Shown here: positions 9,437 through 17,721 of the stretch, piece after piece
How positions within the stretch are numbered: position 1 is the first letter of the stretch
Layout: every line of letters starts with the position of its first letter
Assembly: GCA_964635025.1 (NCBI GenBank)
Contig: CAZWMY010000004.1
Span: 13,526 to 77,525, forward strand
DNA: 64,000 bases
Source: an uncultured Desulfobacula sp.
GTDB taxonomy: Bacteria > Desulfobacterota > Desulfobacteria > Desulfobacterales > Desulfobacteraceae
Direction of reading: 5' to 3'
The notes under the pieces: model-generated
Databases searched by the model: none
The model's input: the letters and a program-made list of their open reading frames with translations, nothing else
Told to the model about the DNA's origin: nothing
Program-made: the position numbers and the translations under genes

Positions 9437-9468
9437 TTGACCTTATGTTAAGGTTGACATAAGGTCAA
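9437..9468. promoter_or_regulatory. Perfect 12-bp inverted repeat (terminator-like hairpin or operator) between the methyltransferase and fmdE-like genes
   Basis: Sequence is TTGACCTTATGT-taaggttg-ACATAAGGTCAA. On the minus strand the hairpin is followed by TTTTG. Confidence 0.4.
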
Positions 9469-9649
9469 GAACGATTGTTATATTTTTGTCCAAAAGGTCC
9501 TGATCAGGAATACCGAAAACCGTATACAAGGCATTGAAAAAAAGCTATAAATGAAGATCAAACAAAAGCGCAATGTTTAAAGGGTATGTATGAAGCTTAA
9601 ATCCAGCCAGATCCTTCTTGCCGATGACACCATTTTCGACGATATTTTT

Positions 9650-10312
9650 TCAGACCAGGGATGAAGCAAGAGCTCTGCCTTTATTGACAAATACAAACAC
9701 ACCGCCACAGCTTGATACCTGCTTATAGCCGACATCCAACCCGGCCCGGTCACAAGCGGCAATGGTTTCGTCGGCAGCCCAATAATACTCATTCTTATCC
9801 CAGCTTTCAGCCCATTTCCGAGAAGCCCTTGTTCGGGCATTTTTGCTCGGAAATGCAATGTCGGCGATGACGATACGGCCGGAGGCCGAGATGTGATTCA
9901 ACACAATTTTCCGAAGCAGCCCGATCTTTGTTTCAAGATCAAACTCATGAAAAACATAAGCCGATACAACACGGTCAAACACCCGTTCAAGTTCGGCGGG
10001 CCAGCCGCTCAAAAGATCGGCCTGCACAAGCACGGTTTCCGGAAGTTTATTACGCGCCTTCAGGATCATTTCCTGGGAAAAGTCCACGCCCCAAACCGAG
10101 CAGCCTTTTTGAAGAAACCGAGAGGCCAGGTTGCCGGTGCCGATACCAAGATCAAGCACCTGCATGCCTGGTGCGGTTTGACCAAGCCGAACAGCTTCAT
10201 CCAACACCTTTTCATACCCTTCAAAAGGGAACCTGTTTTGGGTTGGAGACCCTTCAGCATCATATTTTTTTGCCCAGGCATCGAACAAGTGAACCCGTTC
10301 TTTGGGATTCAT
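9650..10312 (-). CDS. Class I SAM-dependent methyltransferase
   Basis: The SAM-binding motif reads VLDLGIGTGNLA. ATG 10312 overlaps the upstream GNAT stop (ATGA), so it is preferred over the track start at 10330. Confidence 0.8.
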   Translation of the reverse strand: MNPKERVHLFDAWAKKYDAEGSPTQNRFPFEGYEKVLDEAVRLGQTAPGMQVLDLGIGTGNLASRFLQKGCSVWGVDFSQEMILKARNKLPETVLVQADLLSGWPAELERVFDRVVSAYVFHEFDLETKIGLLRKIVLNHISASGRIVIADIAFPSKNARTRASRKWAESWDKNEYYWAADETIAACDRAGLDVGYKQVSSCGGVFVFVNKGRALASSLV

Positions 10313-10794
10313 CGGCAATTCCCTTGCCAAGGCACTTGCATGGCCATTTCAACACCTGTTAATTTAGTGAATTCGTCGCTTTCTGAAAATTCGTCTTCCT
10401 GTTCCAATGTCACCATGAAACCAAGGCGTTTGAATATATCAACATTGCCGGTTTCTTTTACAGTGTACAGGTGAATCCGAGCCGCTTCTTTTTTTGCAGC
10501 AATAGCTTCAAGCGCACAAATCAGGCTGCGGGCCACACCGAGCCGCCTGAAATCTTGATGCACGCCAAGGCCCATGATTCCAAGAGATTGATTTGTTATG
10601 CGATATTCAACAGTCCCAACGATACGGCCGCTGATAACGGCAACAAGCCTTTGGGTTTGGTTGCCTATCCGGGCCTTGTTGGCAATTGCCTTTTGGCTGG
10701 GGCGATAGGTCCGTCGGAGGATTGCCGTGGCTGACGCATCCACTTCTTGAATGCCGGGCCTGTCATCCGGTTTTTCGGGTCGTATGGTTATCAT
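10309..10794 (-). CDS. GNAT-family N-acetyltransferase
   Basis: 161 aa. The acetyl-CoA-binding region reads LGVHQDFRRLGVARSLI. Confidence 0.75.
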   Translation of the reverse strand: MITIRPEKPDDRPGIQEVDASATAILRRTYRPSQKAIANKARIGNQTQRLVAVISGRIVGTVEYRITNQSLGIMGLGVHQDFRRLGVARSLICALEAIAAKKEAARIHLYTVKETGNVDIFKRLGFMVTLEQEDEFSESDEFTKLTGVEMAMQVPWQGNCR

Positions 10795-10800
10795 TTTATC

Positions 10801-11286
10801 TCAGGTCAGTGTTAAAAGAAAATCAGCAAGGGGGTCTACCTCTGATCTTTGAAAGACCTGAAGATCCGTATCCCCGACAGGGTCGTCCGTCACAACGGCT
10901 TTTACAAGTTTGATTCCTGTGAACAAAGGCGGTCTTCCGATAGCCTTTCTCCAGACTTCGATTTTCTGGAATGGTCCGCTGATCCAGCCTTCTATCAGGA
11001 CAATATCCACATTTGAATAATAGGTTTCAAGAATTTTTTCAGGGGAGATGCCCAAAGCCCTCGGCAGATAGATAGCGCTCAATTCTTCTGTAATTGCAGA
11101 TACCGGTGCCGCACCTGCTGTCCGGTGCCGGAAAGAATCCTTGCCCGGTTTGTCCAATTCATGGACATGAGCGCTATGCTTCATTGTCCCGACGCGGATA
11201 TTTTTATTGACCAGATTTTTCACAAGATCAACAATCAATGTGGTTTTTCCGCAGCCTGCATGACCGACAATGTGGATGGGTGTCAT
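10801..11286 (-). CDS. mobB: Molybdopterin-guanine dinucleotide biosynthesis adaptor MobB
   Basis: 161 aa. It has the Walker A motif GHAGCGKTTL and the downstream motifs VGTMKHSAH and KPGKDSFRH. Confidence 0.8.
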   Translation of the reverse strand: MTPIHIVGHAGCGKTTLIVDLVKNLVNKNIRVGTMKHSAHVHELDKPGKDSFRHRTAGAAPVSAITEELSAIYLPRALGISPEKILETYYSNVDIVLIEGWISGPFQKIEVWRKAIGRPPLFTGIKLVKAVVTDDPVGDTDLQVFQRSEVDPLADFLLTLT

Positions 11287-11313
11287 TCTTTGATTCCTTT
11301 GAAACAGGTAAAC

Positions 11314-11538
11314 TTATTTACGCGGCAGTATGTCATAAATCAGGGTTAAAATAAATAAAAATGCCGGGATGGTTAAATGCCCATTTTGCCAAAAAGAATC
11401 TTCAACCGATGTATCTAAAAATGCATCAAAAGAAGTGTTCGCACCAATATGGGAATGCAGCCACCGAAGGCTCTGAATATCCGATTCCACATAATCAACC
11501 AAAGTGCCGTCAAGATCGAATAATATGGCTTTAAACAT
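11314..11538 (-). pseudogene. Truncated HAD-superfamily hydrolase remnant
   Basis: Only 74 aa. It starts with HAD motif I (MFKAILFDLDGTLVD) but lacks motifs II-IV. The tail looks out of character and mobB starts 27 nt downstream. Confidence 0.55.
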
Positions 11539-11550
11539 AAAAAAAAGCCC

Positions 11551-12051
11551 TTAAATGTTTTTCCTGTATCGGCATTCAATCAACACCCTGCTGCCAATAA
11601 GGATGGTCTTCCGGGTCCCATCGGCAGCATAACCGGCCTTTTGATAGAATCGCCGTGCTCGGCTGTTCAGTTCAAATACCCACAGGGTAATGACGGTGAA
11701 ACTCATCTCCAACAATCGATCTTCCACGACAGCCATCATTTTTCTGCCATACCCTTTGCCCTGGTGACCGGAATCAAGGTAGACGGCATAAATTTCGCCT
11801 GTTCCGGCCCCATCATCATCACGGCTTGGCCCGAATGATGCCCAGCCCACAATCCCGGAATCCTCGTTTGTGATGACAATGGTGCCGTGGGCAGATTGGG
11901 TCAGCACATCAGCCCATCGATTCTGCCGGGATTCCTTTGACAGATTGGCCAGAAAACTTTCCGGGATTATTCCGGCATAGGCATCACGCCAGGTATCAAC
12001 ATGGATACGGGCGATGGCGGGTGCATCTTCAACTGTGGCGTCACGTATCAT
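11551..12051 (-). CDS. GNAT-family N-acetyltransferase
   Basis: 166 aa. It reads IYAVYLDSGHQGKGYGRKMM, with a C-terminal FYQKAGY motif. Confidence 0.8.
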   Translation of the reverse strand: MIRDATVEDAPAIARIHVDTWRDAYAGIIPESFLANLSKESRQNRWADVLTQSAHGTIVITNEDSGIVGWASFGPSRDDDGAGTGEIYAVYLDSGHQGKGYGRKMMAVVEDRLLEMSFTVITLWVFELNSRARRFYQKAGYAADGTRKTILIGSRVLIECRYRKNI

Positions 12052-12297
12052 CCCAGTCTTTCAGTCTCCCATTTTTGATGAATTTTCTATAGATCCAGAA
12101 CCTGGATACCATACCGGCAACAACACCTCAACAGGTTTTCAAAAAACGTTTTTGGTTATTTATGGTAAGTATTGGAATTAAAACATTTGATTACACACTA
12201 ATATTTACAATAATTAACCGATTTGCTTGACAGAAGAAAATTTATTTATTATCGCAGTCTTACAAATTTTTTAACCCAATTGACGAGGGGCGTTAAC

Positions 12298-14067
12298 ATG
12301 CAATGCAATATATGTGAATTCAGATGCAGTATCCCGGAAGCCGGTACAGGCCGGTGCCGGATGTATACCCACACGGATAACCGGATCAGTGAAATATACC
12401 CGGACAATTATCTGGTTTGTGTTCCGGCGCCTATAGAAGCCATGCCCATGACCCATTATCACCCCAATTCAAAATTTCTTCAGATCTGCACCTTTGGGTG
12501 CAATTTCAGCTGTAGCGGATGTGTTTCCTGGATCATGACTGAAAATAAGGATTCTGTTAAAGGGGCGGTCAATCCTATCAGGGCAGAGGATATGGTACAG
12601 CGCGCCCTTGATGAAAACTGCAAGGGAATCATGTTCTGCTTTAATGAACCGGCAGTTTCTTTTTTTACCTTTAAAAATCTTGCGCGCATTGCAAGACAAA
12701 AGGGCCTGCTGGTGGGATGCGCCACCAATGGATATTTCACAGAGGAGGCTTTTCTGGATCTCCTGGACCATATCGATTTTATCAACATCGGTCTGAAAGG
12801 CCATTCAGACAGTGTTTATAAAAAAACCGGGGCATTGAGTCATGACCCCATTTACAGGAATCTGGCATTAAGTCTTGAGAAAAAGGTCCACACTGAAGTA
12901 GCGGCTGTTTATATCAAAGGGCAGGAAGCGGAATTGATGGAAACCGCCCGCCACGTTGCATCCCTGTCCGGGGAAATCCCGTTCCAGGTCATGCGGTTCA
13001 TGCCGCTGGCCCATTCGGATGCGGCAGATGAGCCCTCCATAAAGGAAGCGGAAAGTCTGTGCAAAGATTTAAAACAGATACTTAAATTCGTATATCTGTT
13101 TAATTCTCCGGGCACGGAATTTTTAGACACCCTGTGCCCGGAATGCGGGCACAGGATTTTCAAGCGGGGGTTTAACGGGCCCATGTGTTCCAATTTAACG
13201 GCGTATTCCCCGGGGGAATCCTGCGGGTTACCCCATGACGGGCTCTTTGAGGGCACTGTCTGCGAGGATAACGGACTTGAGGCGCTGAGTTTCTTTGGCG
13301 GTTATAAAAACATCCTGTCCCTTGAAAATATCCGGACCATCCTGGCATTTGTCGGGGAAACAGATACACAGGCCGTCAGCCGTGTATTCCATGAAGTGTT
13401 GAAAACAGACTATATCAAAGGGCTGTATCCGCGGTTAAAACAGATTCCTTCCTATCTGGACACGGTTGATTATTTTTCCGGGATTGCAGGAAGACAGAAA
13501 GAGGCAGGCCTGCTCAGGGCGTATATTGAAGAAAAGGTGGCAGAGGTAACCACTGCATTGGCCGGGGTTGAGCGGCCAAGGGTGTATTATGCCCTGAGCA
13601 ATCCGCTGATTGCCGTGTTCGGGGACAAATTTGAATGCAACCTGGTTGAAACCGCAGGCGGATGCTGTGTCAATAAGGAGATCCAGCGCGACGACATACC
13701 GGGCAGCACCATCCCGGTTGAACTGTTCAACCGCCTGAACCCGGACATCATCCTGGTACATGGACAAATCGGATATTCAGTGCCGGAAGTTTACACATTC
13801 TGTGTCGACAACGGCATGATGGTGAATGCCGTCAAAAACAGCAGAATATACAATCTTTACCCCTATCGCACGGCAGGACGGCCGGACTGGATTCTCGGGC
13901 TTTTGAGCATTGCCAATCTACTTCATCCCGACCGGTTTCATTTTGATGTTGCTAAAATCGCGGATGACTTATATCACCGACTGTTTGGAACAGATTATTC
14001 GGTCCTGAACCACAATCTGGCATTTGATGTCCTGTTGTCCGAACAGATAAAAAGGCAGGCGTCTTGA
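12298..14067 (+). CDS. Cytoplasmic radical SAM enzyme (PflA/AmmeMemoRadiSam-like N-terminus) fused to a BtuF/FhuD-type substrate-binding-protein domain
   Basis: ATG 12298 follows GAGGGG. A Cys cluster (CNICEFRC...GRC) is followed by the CxxxCxxC motif CNFSCSGC. The C-terminal ~240 aa (RPRVYYALSNPLIAVFGDKFECNLVETAGG...LNPDIILVHG...DWILGLLSIANLLHPDRF) parallels the neighbouring periplasmic SBP. There is no signal peptide. The stop overlaps the next start (TTGA). Confidence 0.75.
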   Translation: MQCNICEFRCSIPEAGTGRCRMYTHTDNRISEIYPDNYLVCVPAPIEAMPMTHYHPNSKFLQICTFGCNFSCSGCVSWIMTENKDSVKGAVNPIRAEDMVQRALDENCKGIMFCFNEPAVSFFTFKNLARIARQKGLLVGCATNGYFTEEAFLDLLDHIDFINIGLKGHSDSVYKKTGALSHDPIYRNLALSLEKKVHTEVAAVYIKGQEAELMETARHVASLSGEIPFQVMRFMPLAHSDAADEPSIKEAESLCKDLKQILKFVYLFNSPGTEFLDTLCPECGHRIFKRGFNGPMCSNLTAYSPGESCGLPHDGLFEGTVCEDNGLEALSFFGGYKNILSLENIRTILAFVGETDTQAVSRVFHEVLKTDYIKGLYPRLKQIPSYLDTVDYFSGIAGRQKEAGLLRAYIEEKVAEVTTALAGVERPRVYYALSNPLIAVFGDKFECNLVETAGGCCVNKEIQRDDIPGSTIPVELFNRLNPDIILVHGQIGYSVPEVYTFCVDNGMMVNAVKNSRIYNLYPYRTAGRPDWILGLLSIANLLHPDRFHFDVAKIADDLYHRLFGTDYSVLNHNLAFDVLLSEQIKRQAS

Positions 14068-15161
14068 AAACGATTCCGCTCATCAGATCGTATATCGCCC
14101 TTGCGGGTATTTTCCTGCTGATGGTATCTTGCATCTGTCTGCCGGTCCAAGCCCGGGCAAAACAGTTGACCCTCCTGGACGGAAAAGTCATTACCCTGCC
14201 CGATGAAACCCGGAAAGTAGCCTGCCTGTTCGGCCCTTCCTTTGAAAAGGTATTTCTGCTCGGGGCAATTGAAAAAATTGTGCTGTGCTCGGAATTTCAT
14301 CAAAATATGTGGGGCTGGTCCAGACTCGTTTATAAAGGGATAGAAAAAATTCCAACCACCAATGCCGTTCAGCAGGTGAACATTGAAGAGCTTCTGAAAA
14401 TAAAACCGGATGTTGTTTTTTTCTGGAACAAACCCGACTCTGTAAAAATATTAAACAATATCGGTATTTCCGTTGTGTATCCAAGCGGGGCCGTGGGCAG
14501 CCATCTCAGTGATGCCAAAACCCTGCTGCAAATCTACGCCAAAGCCCTGGGAAAAAAGGAAGAACAGATCGCCAACCAGTACTGCACCTATTTTGATGCA
14601 AAACTTAAAATGGTGAAGGACATTGTTTCAACCCTTCCTGAATCCAAAAAACCCCGTGTTTATTTTGCCATCCGGACACCGCTTTCTTCCAGCGGAAAAG
14701 ACACCATATTGCCCAATATTGTTGAAGCAGCCGGAGGGCGAAGCGTGACCAGGGATATTTCTCTCAATTATGGCGGAACCGTCAGCATGGAGCAGCTCCT
14801 GGCCTGGAATCCTGAATTTTTCATCATGGATCATTGCGGGTTTAAGGCATTGGGGTCCGGACCGGCAGAAGATATGGTGGCCGATATGATGAAAGATGAA
14901 AGATTTGAAAAAATCTCTGCCGTAAAAGATAACAAGGTGTTTATCAGCCCGACAGGCGTATTTTTCTGGGATGCCGGGCAACAGGTGATTTTGCAGGTCA
15001 TGTGGCTGGCAAAAATTCTGCACCCGGAAAAATTTCGTCATATCGACATGAAGGATGAGCTCAAATATTTTTATTCAACATTTTTCCGGTTTGACCTGGA
15101 TGATGATCAGGCTTACCGGATCTTAAACAACCTGCCGCCGGCACCACTCCCCGAAGGTTGA
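14064..15161 (+). CDS. Periplasmic substrate-binding protein, FecB/BtuF (cluster A-II/class III) type, importer 1
   Basis: TTG start. The signal peptide is MKTIPLIRSYIALAGIFLLMVSCICLPVQARA. Motifs are KPDVVFFW, KPRVYFAI and WNPEFFIMD. Confidence 0.85.
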   Translation: MKTIPLIRSYIALAGIFLLMVSCICLPVQARAKQLTLLDGKVITLPDETRKVACLFGPSFEKVFLLGAIEKIVLCSEFHQNMWGWSRLVYKGIEKIPTTNAVQQVNIEELLKIKPDVVFFWNKPDSVKILNNIGISVVYPSGAVGSHLSDAKTLLQIYAKALGKKEEQIANQYCTYFDAKLKMVKDIVSTLPESKKPRVYFAIRTPLSSSGKDTILPNIVEAAGGRSVTRDISLNYGGTVSMEQLLAWNPEFFIMDHCGFKALGSGPAEDMVADMMKDERFEKISAVKDNKVFISPTGVFFWDAGQQVILQVMWLAKILHPEKFRHIDMKDELKYFYSTFFRFDLDDDQAYRILNNLPPAPLPEG

Positions 15162-15180
15162 AGCATGAGCAGGAAAAAGG

Positions 15181-16245
15181 ATGATGCCGGATGGAAAAGT
15201 CATGAAACACACCCCGCGGCCTGATGTCCATGCCCGCCATGGACTTGCCCCTGCGACGCTGATCATCCTGATTGTGGCGCCTTTGGTTCTTTTTTTTGCA
15301 TCCCTGTGCATCGGCAGATACCCGGTGTTGCCGGGGGATACCTTTCATATCCTTTTGTCCCGCTTTGTCCAGATGGACCCGGCATGGCAGGAAACAGCCG
15401 AAACAGTGATATTGAAGGTCAGGCTGCCCCGGGTCCTCATGGCCATGCTTCTGGGAGCCGGGTTATCCATTGCCGGTGCATCCTTCCAGGGAATTTTCAG
15501 AAACCCGCTGGTGGGCCCCAGCATCCTTGGCGTTTCCCAGGGAGCAGGGTTTGGAGCGGCATTGGCCCTCCTGTTAGGCGGCAATATGATCGTGGTTCAT
15601 GTCTCAGCTTTTTTTTCCGGTCTCCTGGCCGTTGGGGCTGCCTATGCCATGAGCCGCATTCAAAAAGGAAAGCATCTTTTGATGCTGGTGCTGAGCGGCA
15701 TGATTGTTGCGGCTGTGTTCTCGGCCCTGATCAGCCTGATCAAATATATGGCTGACCCCATGGAAAAACTTCCCAATATTGTTTTCTGGCTCATGGGTAG
15801 CCTGGCCGGAACCGATTATCATGATCTTGCCATGGGATTTCCCTTTATTGCCGCCGGTTCCATGGTGCTTGTGTCCATCCGGTGGCGGATCAATATCCTG
15901 GCGCTGGGAGATGAAACCGCAACCGCATTTGGTGAAAACACAAGGCTTATGCGGATCGTTGTCATTCTCGCCTCCACAGTGATCACGGCCTCTACCGTGG
16001 CCTTATCCGGCATCATCGGATGGGTGGGGCTCTTGATCCCCCACATCACCCGGATGATCGTCGGGCCCAATCATTCATATCTTTTGCCTGCTTCCTTATC
16101 CATTGGTTCGGTTTATCTGCTCCTGATGGATGATATTGCCAGATCGGCAGGCCCCGGCGAAATTCCCCTGAGTATCCTGACCGCCCTGATCGGCGCGCCG
16201 TTTTTCGGTTATCTCTTGAGATATACCGGCGGAAGGTGGTCCTGA
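15181..16245 (+). CDS. FecCD/BtuC-family ABC permease, importer 1
   Basis: 354 aa and polytopic. Motifs are RLPRVLMAMLLGAGLSIAGASFQGIFRNPLVGPSILGVSQGAG and IPLSILTALIGAPFFGYLL. Confidence 0.9.
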   Translation: MMPDGKVMKHTPRPDVHARHGLAPATLIILIVAPLVLFFASLCIGRYPVLPGDTFHILLSRFVQMDPAWQETAETVILKVRLPRVLMAMLLGAGLSIAGASFQGIFRNPLVGPSILGVSQGAGFGAALALLLGGNMIVVHVSAFFSGLLAVGAAYAMSRIQKGKHLLMLVLSGMIVAAVFSALISLIKYMADPMEKLPNIVFWLMGSLAGTDYHDLAMGFPFIAAGSMVLVSIRWRINILALGDETATAFGENTRLMRIVVILASTVITASTVALSGIIGWVGLLIPHITRMIVGPNHSYLLPASLSIGSVYLLLMDDIARSAGPGEIPLSILTALIGAPFFGYLLRYTGGRWS

Positions 16246-17054
16246 TGCTGGAAATTAAAGCGGCCGGATTTTCCTATAATGCCAGAAACACGGTATTTGA
16301 CCATATCAATTTTCAGATCAGACCCGGCGAAATTGTGACGATTCTCGGCCCCAACGGCGCCGGAAAAAGCACGCTTTTAAAATGTATCAACCGGATTTTA
16401 ACCTTGAAAACCGGTGATATTCTGTTTAATCAGGAAAGTCTGTTAAAAATTCCCAGAAAAAAAATCGGCACCCTGATGGGCTATGTCTCCCAGTCCGAAG
16501 AAAGTACCTTTCCCTTTAATGCGCTTGAAATGGTGCTCATGGGCAGGGCTGCCCATCTGAATATCTTTCAATCCCCCGGTGACCGCGACCGGACCATTGC
16601 TGAAAGCGCCATGCAATACCTGGGGATAGAACATCTGTCGGGCAGACTATACAAGGACCTCAGCGGCGGAGAATCACAGCTTGTCACCATTGCCCGGGCA
16701 TTGTCGGCTGAACCCGGGGTCCTGCTCCTGGATGAGCCCACATCCCATCTGGATCTGAAAAATCAGATGACGGTGCTTAAAGCTCTGATCCAGTTGTCCA
16801 GGGAAAAAGGGCTGGCCGTCCTGATGACCACCCATCAGCCGGATCATGCCATGGTATTATCAGACCGGGTGCTCATGATGAAAATGGACGGCACCGCTCT
16901 TTTCGGAAAAACAGCCGACATCATTACCCCCAAAACCATACAGGATATCTTCGGCATTCGTGTTAACATCCTGTCAGCCGGTTCTGATACCGGTACTGTG
17001 AATACGGTGGTTCCGGACTGGGCAGCGATTTTATCGAAAAAAAAAGGATCATAA
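16245..17054 (+). CDS. ABC ATP-binding protein (FecE/BtuD type), importer 1
   Basis: Walker A is GPNGAGKST, the signature is LSGGESQ and Walker B is LLLDEPTSHLD. ATG 16245 overlaps the permease TGA; the track alternative start is 16236. Confidence 0.9.
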   Translation: MLEIKAAGFSYNARNTVFDHINFQIRPGEIVTILGPNGAGKSTLLKCINRILTLKTGDILFNQESLLKIPRKKIGTLMGYVSQSEESTFPFNALEMVLMGRAAHLNIFQSPGDRDRTIAESAMQYLGIEHLSGRLYKDLSGGESQLVTIARALSAEPGVLLLDEPTSHLDLKNQMTVLKALIQLSREKGLAVLMTTHQPDHAMVLSDRVLMMKMDGTALFGKTADIITPKTIQDIFGIRVNILSAGSDTGTVNTVVPDWAAILSKKKGS

Positions 17055-17114
17055 GTTCTGTTTATCTGACTTTAAAAACAATCTTTTTTGGTCATGTCAT
17101 TACCCCACAGCCGG

Positions 17115-17615
17115 TTAAGACTCTTTCTTGCTGAATTTTCTATAGATCGCAACACACCACATTGTGCTCAGGATAAGATATCCTCCCAGGGTGATCCAGA
17201 AATGACCCAACCGGGTCGCCTTGCCCAGGTGAACCTGGAATGACTGATGAGCAATGTCGAGCAGAAGAATCATCGTGAGGGAACCCAGCCATAGAAACCA
17301 GGGGAGCATATAGTCAGAGGTTTCCCGGCGACGTTCCGGTGCCAGCCAGTAATCCTTGTTCGGCAGATTGATTAGCGCATTGGGGATCTTTGTCAGAGCG
17401 AGACCCAGACCAAGAAAAATTGCCGCCATCACGCCGACAGCAACAAGATAGACAACTATGAATTGCATTTTGCTGCCCCATGCATCCGGCCGTCCTGATG
17501 GACCAAAATGGGTGGCGACCTTCTCAGGTAAAAGGGGATAGTAGTAGAGTGTGTGTGCCACACAGGTCACACAAAGAATTACAAATACAATGATTGCTGA
17601 AGTGCGGTTGTTCAT
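17115..17615 (-). CDS. DUF1648/SdpI-like integral membrane protein
   Basis: 166 aa with four hydrophobic segments. The N-terminal motif reads LPEKVATHFGPSGRPDAWGSK. Confidence 0.6.
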   Translation of the reverse strand: MNNRTSAIIVFVILCVTCVAHTLYYYPLLPEKVATHFGPSGRPDAWGSKMQFIVVYLVAVGVMAAIFLGLGLALTKIPNALINLPNKDYWLAPERRRETSDYMLPWFLWLGSLTMILLLDIAHQSFQVHLGKATRLGHFWITLGGYLILSTMWCVAIYRKFSKKES

Positions 17616-17667
17616 TTTATTACTCCTGATTTCTAATTTATGCCTTCCAGTTGAGGTTCAGGAACAA

Positions 17668-17716
17668 TAAAAAAGGTTTTCATAACGGCTTTGGAAAATT
17701 TCCAAAGCCGTTATGA
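17668..17716 (-). terminator. Rho-independent terminator downstream of fdhA-2
   Basis: A perfect long hairpin TTCATAACGGCTTTGGAAA/TTTCCAAAGCCGTTATGAA starts 6 nt after the fdhA-2 stop. On the minus strand it is followed by CCTTTTTTATT. Confidence 0.8.
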
Positions 17717-17721
17717 AGAGT

